Shown here: piece after piece, positions 18,562-28,274 of the stretch
Layout: every line of letters begins with the position of its first letter
Numbering within the stretch: position 1 is the stretch's first letter
Virus record (IMG/VR): IMGVR_UViG_3300038608_000011
Location: 1 to 64,000 of that record
From: a virus
Taxonomy: Duplodnaviria > Caudoviricetes
DNA length: 64,000 nucleotides
Strand: one strand, 5' to 3'
Made by a program: the position numbers and the translations under genes
The notes under the pieces: generated by a model
The model's input: the letters and a program-made list of their open reading frames with translations, nothing else
Told to the model about the DNA's origin: nothing
Databases searched by the model: none

Positions 18562-19491
18562 TTGAAAGATTGGAAAACAGAAGCTTTACTAATGAAGTCA
18601 GAGGGGTTTTCTAGCAGATACATTGCTAGTGTACTTGGTAAAGGTAAATCAACAATTAATGATTTGGTGAAGAAGTTTTACTCAGGCCAAGGTATTAGTG
18701 TTATCATCCCTGTCGTACAAAACGCTCCAAAGATTCTCTTCATCGATATAGAAACAAAACCGATCCTTGCCCATGTGTGGCGGTTGTTTGATCAGAATGT
18801 TGGGCTGAACCAAATACAAGAAGACTGGTCTATACTGTCCTATTGCGCTAAATGGAAAGGCTGTGATGATGTTATTTATGAAGACCTCCAAGGAGCCGAA
18901 GACTTTGAAGATGATAGCAAGCTTCTAGGTAACCTTTGGAAATTAATGAATGAAGCCGATATTATTATCGGTCAAAATAGCAAACGATTTGATGTGAAGA
19001 AAATCAATGCACGGCTTATTCTTAATGGATACCCTAAGCCGAGTACATTTCGTCAGATTGATACATTGAATATTGCCAAGGCTCAGTTTGGATTCACTTC
19101 GAATAAGTTAGCCTATATGACAGACCAACTATGTACTAAGTATAAGAAGCTTGAACACGGTAAGTTTGCAGGCCATTTGCTCTGGTCTGAGTGTATGAAG
19201 AATAATCCTGAAGCTTGGGCTGAGATGAAGCTTTACAACATCAATGATGTGTTGAGTCTGGAAGAGCTTTACGACCTACTTAGCAGTTGGGATAACACTC
19301 TTCCTAACTTTGATGTTTATGTAGATGAAATTCTAGATATGAGTGTTTGGGAAGAAGATGGTTTCCACTACAGTAATCTAGGGAAATATAAACGCTATCG
19401 TAATAAAATCACTGGTGTTCAGCGTAGATCACGAGTAAACTTGTTGACGAAAGCCAAAAGAGATTCACTGTTATCTAATATCACAAGTTAA
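18562..19491 (+). CDS. DEDD / RNase H-like 3'-5' exonuclease with N-terminal HTH
   Basis: FIDIET, GQNSKRFD, YNINDV; TTG start at 18562 behind GGAGG. Confidence 0.8.
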   Translation: MKDWKTEALLMKSEGFSSRYIASVLGKGKSTINDLVKKFYSGQGISVIIPVVQNAPKILFIDIETKPILAHVWRLFDQNVGLNQIQEDWSILSYCAKWKGCDDVIYEDLQGAEDFEDDSKLLGNLWKLMNEADIIIGQNSKRFDVKKINARLILNGYPKPSTFRQIDTLNIAKAQFGFTSNKLAYMTDQLCTKYKKLEHGKFAGHLLWSECMKNNPEAWAEMKLYNINDVLSLEELYDLLSSWDNTLPNFDVYVDEILDMSVWEEDGFHYSNLGKYKRYRNKITGVQRRSRVNLLTKAKRDSLLSNITS

Positions 19492-19503
19492 GAAGGAATA
19501 TAG

Positions 19504-19794
19504 TTGAAATACGAACAGGAAGTGATAAGCTGGGCAACAGCCAGAGGCATCTTCGACAAGGCCACTAAAGACACTCAATGGGACAAAACTCAAGAAGAGG
19601 TGATTGAGCTAGTTTTAGCCATTGATCGTAACTCTGCGCACGAAGCCAAAGATGCCATTGGAGACATTATTGTAACGTTAGTGATCCAAGCAAAGATGTG
19701 GGGATTTTCTATTGACGAATGCGTAGAGGCGGCCTACAATGAGATCAAGGGTCGTACAGGCATTATGCAGAACGGGATTTTTATTAAAGATTAG
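19504..19794 (+). CDS. MazG-like nucleotide pyrophosphohydrolase
   Basis: QEEVIEL...KDAIGD...AYNEIKGRTG. Confidence 0.8.
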   Translation: MKYEQEVISWATARGIFDKATKDTQWDKTQEEVIELVLAIDRNSAHEAKDAIGDIIVTLVIQAKMWGFSIDECVEAAYNEIKGRTGIMQNGIFIKD

Positions 19795-19802
19795 GAGGTG
19801 TT

Positions 19803-20303
19803 ATGGTGATGTCACCGCTTGACGATGGGGATGTTTGTTTAATGAAAGTGGGCTTAAATTATCCGTTTAGAATAAACGATCAGATAGTTGTAATTGGGCA
19901 ACCTAACTACGTTAAAGGTACAGTACAAATTTGTAGTTATCCTTTTGAAGACAACTGGAAAATGAACATTCACACTGTTTCTTTTGGAGATATTGGTCCT
20001 GTACTTTGGAATAGGTTTGAAGAGGTTGTGGAGAAAACAAAAACAAAGGATATGATCAATTCACCCAACCATTATATTCTCTTCAATAAAGATGAGATTG
20101 AGGGAGATTCGATTGAAGTGAAGCATGTAGTGAAGGCTATTCTTGAGCGTTGGGAAAGCCAAGAAAATATTTCATTTGATTTCTATCAAGCAGGTTGTTA
20201 CAAGGAACTTCTTCAATATCTTCTACGTGCTCCTTTGAAGAATAATATTGAAGATGTACAGAAAGCTGAATACTACTTGAAAGAGATTATCAATGAGTGG
20301 TAA
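19803..20303 (+). CDS. Protein with C-terminal DUF3310 (SaV-like) domain
   Basis: DMINSPNHY...KNNIEDVQKAEYYL. Confidence 0.65.
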   Translation: MVMSPLDDGDVCLMKVGLNYPFRINDQIVVIGQPNYVKGTVQICSYPFEDNWKMNIHTVSFGDIGPVLWNRFEEVVEKTKTKDMINSPNHYILFNKDEIEGDSIEVKHVVKAILERWESQENISFDFYQAGCYKELLQYLLRAPLKNNIEDVQKAEYYLKEIINEW

Positions 20304-20844
20304 AAGACAGCTTGCGATTGATGTAGACAACACAGTAATTGATACAAACCAAGGATGGTATGACTATTTGAAGTATTACAATGGTCTCGCGAAGATGGTT
20401 AAACGGGAAGATGGGATGCTTCCTTACAATCTAGCTGAAATATTTCCGTCTGTACAGGAACCTATGTTATACTGGAAACAGCTTGATTACTTCCAATTTG
20501 AGCCAATAGAGGGTAGTGTACGAGTACTGGAAATGCTTTCGCAATATTTTGATATTGTATTCTTGAGCCAACAAAGCGGGACACATGGACGTTCTAAATA
20601 CTATTGGCTTGAGGAGTGGTTTCCGTTCAAGAAGGCTGTTGTACTTACGCATGAGAAGTTTGTATTCAACGATGCTGTTGTAGCGCTTGTAGATGATAGG
20701 AAAGAGCATCTGAAAGGCTTCGACCTTAACAAGCGGATATTGTTTGACACACCGTATGATCAAAGTGTAGAGTGTGATGTAAATATGGTGATTAATAAAT
20801 GGAGTGATGAAGTTGTTGAAAGAATTTGCAAGGAGTATCTATGA
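20293..20844 (+). CDS. 5'(3')-deoxyribonucleotidase (NT5C, HAD superfamily)
   Basis: IDVDNTV motif I, LVDDR motif IV. Confidence 0.8.
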   Translation: MSGKRQLAIDVDNTVIDTNQGWYDYLKYYNGLAKMVKREDGMLPYNLAEIFPSVQEPMLYWKQLDYFQFEPIEGSVRVLEMLSQYFDIVFLSQQSGTHGRSKYYWLEEWFPFKKAVVLTHEKFVFNDAVVALVDDRKEHLKGFDLNKRILFDTPYDQSVECDVNMVINKWSDEVVERICKEYL

Positions 20845-21017
20845 ATCTACCATCTGAAAGGTACTTTGAGCTAGTGAAAACAGAAGAAGATTATGCTATG
20901 TTTATATCCAGCGGAATGAGTTTTGAGGTTGAATCATTTTGCCCATTCTCTTGGCAAGAACACTTGAGTATGGTAGAGTATAAACAGAATTTAGAATTGA
21001 ATAAGGAGGAAGAATGA
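20841..21017 (+). CDS. Small hypothetical protein (58 aa)
   Basis: ATGA overlaps at both ends. Confidence 0.6.
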   Translation: MNLPSERYFELVKTEEDYAMFISSGMSFEVESFCPFSWQEHLSMVEYKQNLELNKEEE

Positions 21018-22072
21018 TACAGATTAAAGTTGAATACCTGCGACATAGCGGGGATGACCTTGCTGTAGTAGATGCTGCGAGAACTTCTTTTGATAAGCAG
21101 AGTGAGTGGGACTACTCTTGTGATGAGATGTGCTTCACTTGTGTTTGTGGTGGACGAAATAAGAAACTGAAATCTTCGGATGAAAAACTTATCAAGTACC
21201 TCGCAAACCACAAGCATTATTCACCATTTAATCATAGCTTCATTAGTGTTCGTGTTACAGCTCCGGTATTTGTAGCACGACAACTTGTCAAGCACAAGTT
21301 TATGCCATTTAACGAGGTGTCACGTCGTTATGTTACTGATACGCCAGAATTCTACAAGCCTGACCGCTGGCGCAAGGCAGCCCCAAATGTAAAACAAGGA
21401 TCTTCTGCAACAGAGTTTGTAGATATTATTAACAGTAAATGGAAGCGTGATGAAGGTACACCAAGTGAACGACGCAACCCTTGCACTATCAAGTTTGCAC
21501 GTCTGGGGTGGAGAGTAAAGGCAGAAGGTCTTCCGTTTGATCTAAACATTGAAGATGTTGAGTGGAATGAAGTTTGCCCTTTGATGAATATCCCACTAAA
21601 CTATGATGTTTCACGAGGTGGTATTTTTGATGATACCCCTACCTTTGACAAAATTTACCCTGACAAGGGGTATGTAAAGGGGAACGTTCGAGTTATTAGT
21701 GATTTGGCTAACCGAATGAAAAGCTCAGCCACGCCAGAACAACTAGAAACATTTGCACGGGCTACATTGTTGGAGTGGAAAGGTGAAGTGGGTTGTGGTC
21801 AAAGTCCTGAGAAGTTGGCTCAAGCAAGCCTTAAAGAATATGAACGGCTTTTGTCTTTAGGCGTGTGTGCCGAACAAGCCAGACAAGTTCTTCCACAATC
21901 GATGATGACGACATGGATTTGGAGCGGTACATTGGGGGCCTTCTGTGATATGCTTGTTCTTCGTCTTGATGAACATACTCAATATGAAACACGAGTAGTT
22001 GCACAACAAGTGGCAGAGATTGTTAAAGAGTTGTTTCCTGTAAGTTATGTGGCTTTAGTAGAGGATAAATAA
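21014..22072 (+). CDS. thyX: Flavin-dependent thymidylate synthase with in-frame endonuclease-domain insertion
   Basis: HYSPF, ARQLVKHK...NEVSRRYV, EQARQVLP, Q.ETR; about 120 extra residues between KQGSS and the EQAR helix. Confidence 0.9.
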   Translation: MIQIKVEYLRHSGDDLAVVDAARTSFDKQSEWDYSCDEMCFTCVCGGRNKKLKSSDEKLIKYLANHKHYSPFNHSFISVRVTAPVFVARQLVKHKFMPFNEVSRRYVTDTPEFYKPDRWRKAAPNVKQGSSATEFVDIINSKWKRDEGTPSERRNPCTIKFARLGWRVKAEGLPFDLNIEDVEWNEVCPLMNIPLNYDVSRGGIFDDTPTFDKIYPDKGYVKGNVRVISDLANRMKSSATPEQLETFARATLLEWKGEVGCGQSPEKLAQASLKEYERLLSLGVCAEQARQVLPQSMMTTWIWSGTLGAFCDMLVLRLDEHTQYETRVVAQQVAEIVKELFPVSYVALVEDK

Positions 22073-22073
22073 A

Positions 22074-22283
22074 ATGTTTGATCAACACGGTAACATAGAA
22101 GAACGAGATGATTATTCTCTTCCTGCTTGGGCAATGGATACAGTAAACATAATCAAACAAAGGGAGTTTCTTCCAGATAAGTCAGGAGCCTTTCTGATCT
22201 TTATTGAGAATCTTACAGAGTTTCTAGATTGTTATTACTCTGGCCAAAGTCCATACGAATCGTATCGTGAAATGAAAGAATAA
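22074..22283 (+). CDS. Hypothetical protein (69 aa)
   Basis: GAGG RBS. Confidence 0.65.
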   Translation: MFDQHGNIEERDDYSLPAWAMDTVNIIKQREFLPDKSGAFLIFIENLTEFLDCYYSGQSPYESYREMKE

Positions 22284-22292
22284 GGGGAATAT

Positions 22293-22664
22293 ATGAGTAG
22301 TACAGGTTTTTCGCTCTCGCTCTATGATCTAATTCAAATAGATAAATTCAAACAAGCTATTAAGGACGGGGACCAGAAGAAAGCAGAAGAAGTGTTGCAT
22401 GAGAATGGCCTGGCCGTTGGCCTCGGCTACGAGCAAGTAGTATGTACACATCGTTGTCTTACTAGAAAGGAACCGTGGTACGGCGTACGATATGAAGGGT
22501 CAGAGCGCACAGATAAAGAATTCTTAGCCACAGGATCGGCTAGTCTTGACGCTCATATTGCAAGCTCTGGGGATATGACTCTTCGTAAAGAATTGAAGAA
22601 TATGAGCAAGACAAGTGAAAGCGTTTCAACAAACGAATTTAAGGAATGGGGAGAAGAGGATTGA
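22293..22664 (+). CDS. Hypothetical protein (123 aa)
   Basis: AGGGG RBS; TTGA overlap with nrdB. Confidence 0.75.
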   Translation: MSSTGFSLSLYDLIQIDKFKQAIKDGDQKKAEEVLHENGLAVGLGYEQVVCTHRCLTRKEPWYGVRYEGSERTDKEFLATGSASLDAHIASSGDMTLRKELKNMSKTSESVSTNEFKEWGEED

Positions 22665-23653
22665 CGGATGTAAAGACAAGAATTCAAACACCTAAGTCAA
22701 CCTTCACAGTGGATTATCCCGAAGCTGTAGAGTTTATGAACAAACAACAAGCTGTCTTCTGGCCACACTTTGAGGTTAAGGTTGGGAAGGATAAACAAGA
22801 CATTTTAGTCAACATGACAGAGGCAGAGAGTCACGGGACAATTGAAACCTTAAAGCTGTTTAGTAAATATGAGCAGATTATTGGGAATGAATTCTGGATT
22901 AACTTTGTAATGAAGAAGTTCCCACGTCCTGCTGATATTCAACCGATGGCTGCAATGTTCGGTGCAATGGAGCTGGCGGTCCACCAGAAGTTTTATAGTA
23001 CGTTGAATGAGGAGCTTGGGATTGCGACTGACAGTTTCTACAACGAATACTTGGAAGACCCTGAATTGAAGCAGCGCATTGAGTTTATGGAAAACACCTT
23101 GTCTGCTAAAGATGATTTACGTGCTTTGGGTTGTTTCGTGTTTGGTGAAGGTGCAATTCTTTACTCTAGCTTTGCTTTCTTGAAGCACTTCCAGAGTCAA
23201 GGGAAGAATAAACTTTTGAATGTTGTAAGTGGAATCAACTTCTCTGCCCGTGATGAACATTTGCACTCGGAAGCAGCAGCGTGGTTATTTCGTACGCTTC
23301 TTCAAGAGAAGATTGAAGCTGGGTTGATTAGTGAACAAGAGCAAGAAGAGCTTAAACAAGATATTTATGAAGCTGCACATACTGTAGATTTACACGAAAA
23401 AGCTATCATCAAGAAGATTTTTCAGAAAGGTAAAATCGATGGTATTACAGATGTACAACTAGAGTACTTTGAACAGAGTCGTATTAATCTTTGTTTGCGA
23501 ATGCTTGGGTATGACAATTTGTTTAAGGTGGAGTATAACCCAATTGCTGAATACTTCTATAAAGGGATCAATGGTTATTCATCGATAGACTTCTTTAATA
23601 GCCAAGGTAATCAGTACCAAAGAGATTGGGATTCTGAAGGGTTTAAATTTTAA
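22661..23653 (+). CDS. nrdB: Ribonucleotide reductase class Ia beta subunit
   Basis: ELAVHQKFY, GEGAILYSSF, RDEHLH di-iron ligands; TTG start 22661. Confidence 0.92.
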   Translation: MTDVKTRIQTPKSTFTVDYPEAVEFMNKQQAVFWPHFEVKVGKDKQDILVNMTEAESHGTIETLKLFSKYEQIIGNEFWINFVMKKFPRPADIQPMAAMFGAMELAVHQKFYSTLNEELGIATDSFYNEYLEDPELKQRIEFMENTLSAKDDLRALGCFVFGEGAILYSSFAFLKHFQSQGKNKLLNVVSGINFSARDEHLHSEAAAWLFRTLLQEKIEAGLISEQEQEELKQDIYEAAHTVDLHEKAIIKKIFQKGKIDGITDVQLEYFEQSRINLCLRMLGYDNLFKVEYNPIAEYFYKGINGYSSIDFFNSQGNQYQRDWDSEGFKF

Positions 23654-23664
23654 AGGGGAATTGA

Positions 23665-25353
23665 GTGACAAACAGTTATCGTGTTTTGAGTGATGAACGT
23701 AAGAAGCTACAAGAAGAGGGGTTGATGCCTGCTCACTGGTCTACGGGATCGTGGCAGCTATTTAAGAATAAATATTTATACCAAGCCTCTAATCCAAGAG
23801 AACAATATCAACGTATCGCAGCTACATTGGCAGTACATACACCAGACCCATCTCATTGGAAGGAGAAGTTCTTTGATATTATGTGGAAAGGGTGGCTAAG
23901 TCCAAGTACACCGATTCTTGCTAATACAGGGACGAATCGTGGTCTACCAGTTAGTTGTGCTGGTAGTTATGTTCCAGACAGTATTGATGGTATTTATAAA
24001 GCAAAGCATGAAACTGCAATGCTTACTAAGATGGGGTTTGGTACAGCAGGTTATTTAGGGGATGTTCGGCCACGAGGTACACCAATCACTGTAGGTGGTA
24101 AGTCTACAGGCGTTCTGCAAGTGATTGAGGGCTTCCAAAGTGATATGGAGTATGTAGCCCAGGGGACAGCTCGACGTGGCTCCTGGGCAGGTTATCTGCC
24201 TATTGATCACGGAGACTTTGATGAAGTGTGTACCTATCTGGAACAACACCCAGATGGTAACAATATAGGCTGGAACATCTCAGATGAGTTTATTGAACGT
24301 CTAAAGTCTGGAGATGCCGATGCAATCAAACGTTATGGTAAAGCTCTAAAGACTAAGATGGTTACGGGGAAGGGATACTTCTTCTTCCCTCAAAAGGTAG
24401 AACGTAAACGTCCACAGTGGTATGTTGATCAGAACCTTGATGTTAAGTCGCCTCAGTTGTGTAATGAGGTTATGCTTCATTCAAGTAAAATCTTTACTTA
24501 CACTTGTGTACTTGCTTCAATGAATGATGAATTGTTCGATGAGTGGTGCGGTACAGATGCTGTGTTTACAGCCATTGTGTTTCTAGATGCTGTTTGTCAG
24601 GAATTCATTGAACGGGCTAAGAACATCCCTGGCCTTGAGAAAGCTGTAGCGTTTACAAAGAATAGTCGTGCTTTGGGGTTAGGTCAGTGTGGTCTTCATT
24701 CATACATGCAAAAGAATATGATTGCATTTGAAAGCTTTGAAGCTCATATGATCAACAACAAGATTGCTAAATATATTCAAGATGAAGCGATTAAAGCATC
24801 TGAATGGCTTGCAAGTGTTTGGGGTGAACCGAAGTGGATGAAAGGCTATGGACGTGCTAACACTCACCTAATTGCAATCGCACCAACTAAATCAACCGCA
24901 CTTATCATGGGTGGTGTTAGTGAAGGTATTAACCCAGACACAGCTATGGTTTATAATCAGAAGAGTGCAGGCGGCGAGGTTGATCGAGTTAACCCTTACC
25001 TTCTAAAACTGATGAAAGAGAAAGGTGTATTCACTAAAGCCAATGTAGAAGATATTCGTGACAAGATGGGCAGCGTGCAACACGTTGAGTGGCTCACCGA
25101 TGATGAGAAGCTTGTATTCCGTACGGCATTTGAAATCAATCAACATACAATCATTCGCATGGCTGCTGCTCGCGGCAAGTTTATGGATCAGTGGCAATCA
25201 TTGAACTTGTTCTTTGCTGCTGGTGAAGATGAGGCCTATATTAACGAGGTGCATAAGGAAGCCTTCTTGAATCCTGACATTCTTGGCTTGTACTACGTTT
25301 ACAGCATGGCAGGTGTGCAAGCCAGCAAGGACGAGTGCCTAGCTTGTCAATAA
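23665..25353 (+). CDS. nrdA: Ribonucleotide reductase class I alpha subunit (short, no ATP cone)
   Basis: PSTPILAN, SC, PQLCNE, IAPT.ST, LYY, C-terminal CLAC. Confidence 0.92.
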   Translation: MTNSYRVLSDERKKLQEEGLMPAHWSTGSWQLFKNKYLYQASNPREQYQRIAATLAVHTPDPSHWKEKFFDIMWKGWLSPSTPILANTGTNRGLPVSCAGSYVPDSIDGIYKAKHETAMLTKMGFGTAGYLGDVRPRGTPITVGGKSTGVLQVIEGFQSDMEYVAQGTARRGSWAGYLPIDHGDFDEVCTYLEQHPDGNNIGWNISDEFIERLKSGDADAIKRYGKALKTKMVTGKGYFFFPQKVERKRPQWYVDQNLDVKSPQLCNEVMLHSSKIFTYTCVLASMNDELFDEWCGTDAVFTAIVFLDAVCQEFIERAKNIPGLEKAVAFTKNSRALGLGQCGLHSYMQKNMIAFESFEAHMINNKIAKYIQDEAIKASEWLASVWGEPKWMKGYGRANTHLIAIAPTKSTALIMGGVSEGINPDTAMVYNQKSAGGEVDRVNPYLLKLMKEKGVFTKANVEDIRDKMGSVQHVEWLTDDEKLVFRTAFEINQHTIIRMAAARGKFMDQWQSLNLFFAAGEDEAYINEVHKEAFLNPDILGLYYVYSMAGVQASKDECLACQ

Positions 25354-25359
25354 CTTTTA

Positions 25360-25387
25360 AAGCCCCTTAATTGGGGCTATTTTTATT
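25360..25387 (+). terminator. Rho-independent terminator
   Basis: AGCCCC-ttaatt-GGGGCT followed by atttttattt. Confidence 0.7.
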
Positions 25388-25398
25388 TAAGGTTTAAA

Positions 25399-25872
25399 AT
25401 GGAATTAATAAAGAATAGAGAAGGTTGGCTAGTAAATGAAACACACAGACAATGTACAAATTGTTTAGTTATTTATGAAAGAACAAGTCCAACAGTCACT
25501 TTATGTAATATTTGTAATTCAGGTAGGGTTAAGAGTCAATCTCCTGAAATCAGGATGTGGAGACGTGCTAAAGCCAGGGTTGTGAAATCTGGAGTGCCTT
25601 TTGATATTGAAGTATCTGATATTATCATTCCTAAACTCTGCCCTATTCTAGGGATACCTCTCGTGGTCTACAGAGGCAGGCCTGGGGGAGAAAACAATTC
25701 CCCAGCACTTGATAGGATTGACAACACGCTGGGATATGTGAAAGGGAATATTCAAGTGATTAGCCACTTAGCCAACTGCATGAAAAGCTCTGCTTCACCT
25801 GAACAATTGGTGAAATTCGCACAGTGGGTGCTTGAGACCTATGAGACACATGCCTCTGCAAGAAATGTTTAA
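25399..25872 (+). CDS. Free-standing His-Me finger/HNH-like endonuclease (LDRID...GY..GN family)
   Basis: CxxC...CxxC N-terminus, CPILGIPL, PALDRIDNTLGYVKGNIQVISHLANCMK. Confidence 0.75.
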   Translation: MELIKNREGWLVNETHRQCTNCLVIYERTSPTVTLCNICNSGRVKSQSPEIRMWRRAKARVVKSGVPFDIEVSDIIIPKLCPILGIPLVVYRGRPGGENNSPALDRIDNTLGYVKGNIQVISHLANCMKSSASPEQLVKFAQWVLETYETHASARNV

Positions 25873-25879
25873 AAGAACC

Positions 25880-25908
25880 TTGACGAATCTCTAAACGTCT
25901 GCAATACT
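25880..25908 (+). promoter_or_regulatory. Sigma70-like promoter
   Basis: TTGACG-17 nt-AATACT with TG extension. Confidence 0.55.
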
Positions 25909-25966
25909 AGCCCTGTGTCCTAATCAGACCAGGGCATTTTTCTACATAAATTTTAGGAGAAACAAA

Positions 25967-26483
25967 ATGAATCTAGTACAATGGTTGGCTGTTGAGTTTG
26001 AAGAGAAGAAAATTGATTTTACCCAGTGGCCTGAAGATGCTGAGACAATCTCACAGGACAACTATGAAGTGACTATTGAGGGTTGTGCTTGCATATGTAC
26101 AGAAACTCTATGATACTATCAAAGACAAAGAGACTATCGGAATTCCGATGTACTATGTTGAGAAACAAGCTCTGGTTCAAGGGATTGATGATAGATACTC
26201 AGATGATGTTGACCTAGATGCAGCTCATCAGCTACGCTTGCGAGACTTGGAAGAGTTGCTTTGGGTATTCTCAGATAACGAACCAAATATCAAGGATTAT
26301 GACTTTCATATGGGCTTTGTTTTCGGGGAGAAAGAAGAGGGTGCTGTAGGAGTACCTTGTACTATCACCTGTACAAATGATACAGAGAGGGATCGTTACC
26401 ATGTAGACCAAGAAGTTTACTGGGAACGTAAAATTGCAGGGTACGAATTGAGTGGAAAGTTGTGGCGAGAATTGCAGTGGTAA
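25967..26483 (+). other. Hypothetical gene, possibly frameshifted (48-aa ORF 25967-26113 plus overlapping frame to 26483)
   Basis: Strong TAGGAG RBS only at 25967; downstream frame is open but has no clear RBS. Confidence 0.4.
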
Positions 26484-26512
26484 TTCGTTAAATTATCAGG
26501 AGGAATAGTAAG

Positions 26513-27439
26513 GTGGAATTTCGCAGATTTAGTAGCCTAGAAAACACGTACAGAGGGAACTTGATTGACAAGGTTCAATATGAAGGAAAAGATGGTGGTT
26601 TGTGGATGGCCACGGAGAAGCTGCACGGTGCCAATTTCAGCTTCTGGTGTGATGGTACAGAAGTAAAGGTTGCATCTCGTACACAGTTTGTTGATGGGAC
26701 ATTCTATAATTGTCAGGCTGTGATTAATTGTTATTCTCAAGGTATCCTTGATTGGTGTATTGAGAAGGGTGTTAAGAGTTTTATTGCATACGGTGAACTA
26801 TTTGGCGGTAATGTTCAGAAAGAAGTCAAATACGGGGAGAAAGATTTTTACGCTTTTGATCTTGTAGTTGATGGTAAAGTTCTAGATAAGCATACTGCTC
26901 AAAGCGTAGCTGATGATTGCGGCCTATTCTTTGTACCTGTCCTTAAAGTGGGTACATTTGCCGAGTGCTTAGCTCTATCAAACACGTTTAAATCAACACT
27001 GACACCAGAGGGTTACGAAGAAGAGAACACGTCAGAAGGTCTTGTAATTGAGCCTGTAGAACCAGCTTGGTTTAACAACGGAAGCCGTATCTACTTCAAG
27101 AATAAGACTGAAGGGTTTAGTGAGAAGAATCGTCAACCAAAAGAGAAACAAGTATTTGAGTTGTCAGAGGAAGAGTCTGATTTAATGAATGTGCTTCTTG
27201 AGTACAACACAGAACAACGGGTTTCTAACGTAATCAGTAAGATTGGTCAGATCACTAACAAAGACTTCGGTAAGATTCTTGGCCTTACTGTGCAGGATAT
27301 ACTGGAAGATTTTACTAAAGACAATGATTACGATGCTAAAGCACACGCAGAAGGGAACTGGAAACAATTCCATAAGCTGTTGTCTGCTGAAGTTGGTAAA
27401 ACAGTTCGTGTTGAGTTTCTAAAGCAACTGGAGGAATAA
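26513..27439 (+). CDS. RNA ligase, T4 Rnl2 family
   Basis: Motif I EKLHGAN, YGELFG, FYAFD, SEGLVI, FKNK. Confidence 0.9.
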   Translation: MEFRRFSSLENTYRGNLIDKVQYEGKDGGLWMATEKLHGANFSFWCDGTEVKVASRTQFVDGTFYNCQAVINCYSQGILDWCIEKGVKSFIAYGELFGGNVQKEVKYGEKDFYAFDLVVDGKVLDKHTAQSVADDCGLFFVPVLKVGTFAECLALSNTFKSTLTPEGYEEENTSEGLVIEPVEPAWFNNGSRIYFKNKTEGFSEKNRQPKEKQVFELSEEESDLMNVLLEYNTEQRVSNVISKIGQITNKDFGKILGLTVQDILEDFTKDNDYDAKAHAEGNWKQFHKLLSAEVGKTVRVEFLKQLEE

Positions 27440-27607
27440 TGCCTAAAAGCTTTTTATTCATAGCTCTTGTAGCTTTCCTTGTACTAGGAGTATCTGCAAT
27501 ACCCTCTTATGACAAATACAAAGCAGGAGGTTATAAAGAATCTGTAAGAGTGAAGGAAATAAAGTAGTTTGTTGGTGGGTTAAATTGGAATATAAGGAGA
27601 GCATAGA

Positions 27608-27820
27608 ATGAAAGTGTCTTGTGAGAAAATACCATTTATACCTGTTGTAATAACTCTTGAAAGTCAGTTTGAGGTTGATGTACTTAAGCAGTTAGTAGGT
27701 TCTGTTGGAGGTGACCGTAATAAAGTTCGTGCTTTTACAACTGAAATATATACCGCACTAGATGCATTTTCTGAAGGTGGAGGTGCATATTTTGAGGGGT
27801 ATTTGACAGCTACAGAGTAA
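27608..27820 (+). CDS. Hypothetical protein (70 aa)
   Basis: AAGGAG RBS; last gene before the terminator. Confidence 0.7.
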   Translation: MKVSCEKIPFIPVVITLESQFEVDVLKQLVGSVGGDRNKVRAFTTEIYTALDAFSEGGGAYFEGYLTATE

Positions 27821-27834
27821 ATTTTAGACAAACA

Positions 27835-27860
27835 AAAGCCCGCCTATCTTGGCGGGCTTT
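27835..27860. terminator. Bidirectional Rho-independent terminator between convergent gene blocks
   Basis: AAAGCCCGCC-tatctt-GGCGGGCTTT. Confidence 0.85.
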
Positions 27861-27893
27861 CTCATAATTATAGATTGATGAATCTACAGCTTA

Positions 27894-28271
27894 TTATTTT
27901 TTAGAGTTATTTTTATTCTCTTCATCTCCATTGACAACTACATTTTGACTGTTGAATTGTCTTTGGGTGATTCTGGCATATCTATTCTGCTTTTCCTGCA
28001 TCGCCATTCTTTCTTCAATAATCTCCACCTTACGAGACATGCTAAGTTGGTATGAGTCTGATAGTTCAGAAACCTTATTGATCTTGCTTTCTAAATAGTA
28101 TGTTCTATTATCCAGAACATCTAGAATAACCTTCTTCTCTGCCACAACTTGAGAAGAAACCTTGTCATCATTCCATTGCTTCGATAAAATAACGATTGCT
28201 AGTAGAAGGAAAACAAGGTTGGTACTTCTTTCTACAATCTTCCAAAACAAGCTGTCTTTCCTTCTATCCAT
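27894..28271 (-). CDS. Single-TM membrane protein, lysis-associated?
   Basis: TMD LVFLLLAIVIL followed by coiled coil; end of the lysis cassette. Confidence 0.6.
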   Translation of the reverse strand: MDRRKDSLFWKIVERSTNLVFLLLAIVILSKQWNDDKVSSQVVAEKKVILDVLDNRTYYLESKINKVSELSDSYQLSMSRKVEIIEERMAMQEKQNRYARITQRQFNSQNVVVNGDEENKNNSKK

Positions 28272-28274
28272 GAT

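Noticed and set aside
21425-21800. Intein or intron in thyX
   Set aside because: No intein terminal motifs (C/S/T start, HN + C/S/T end) and no group I core elements or internal stop codons.
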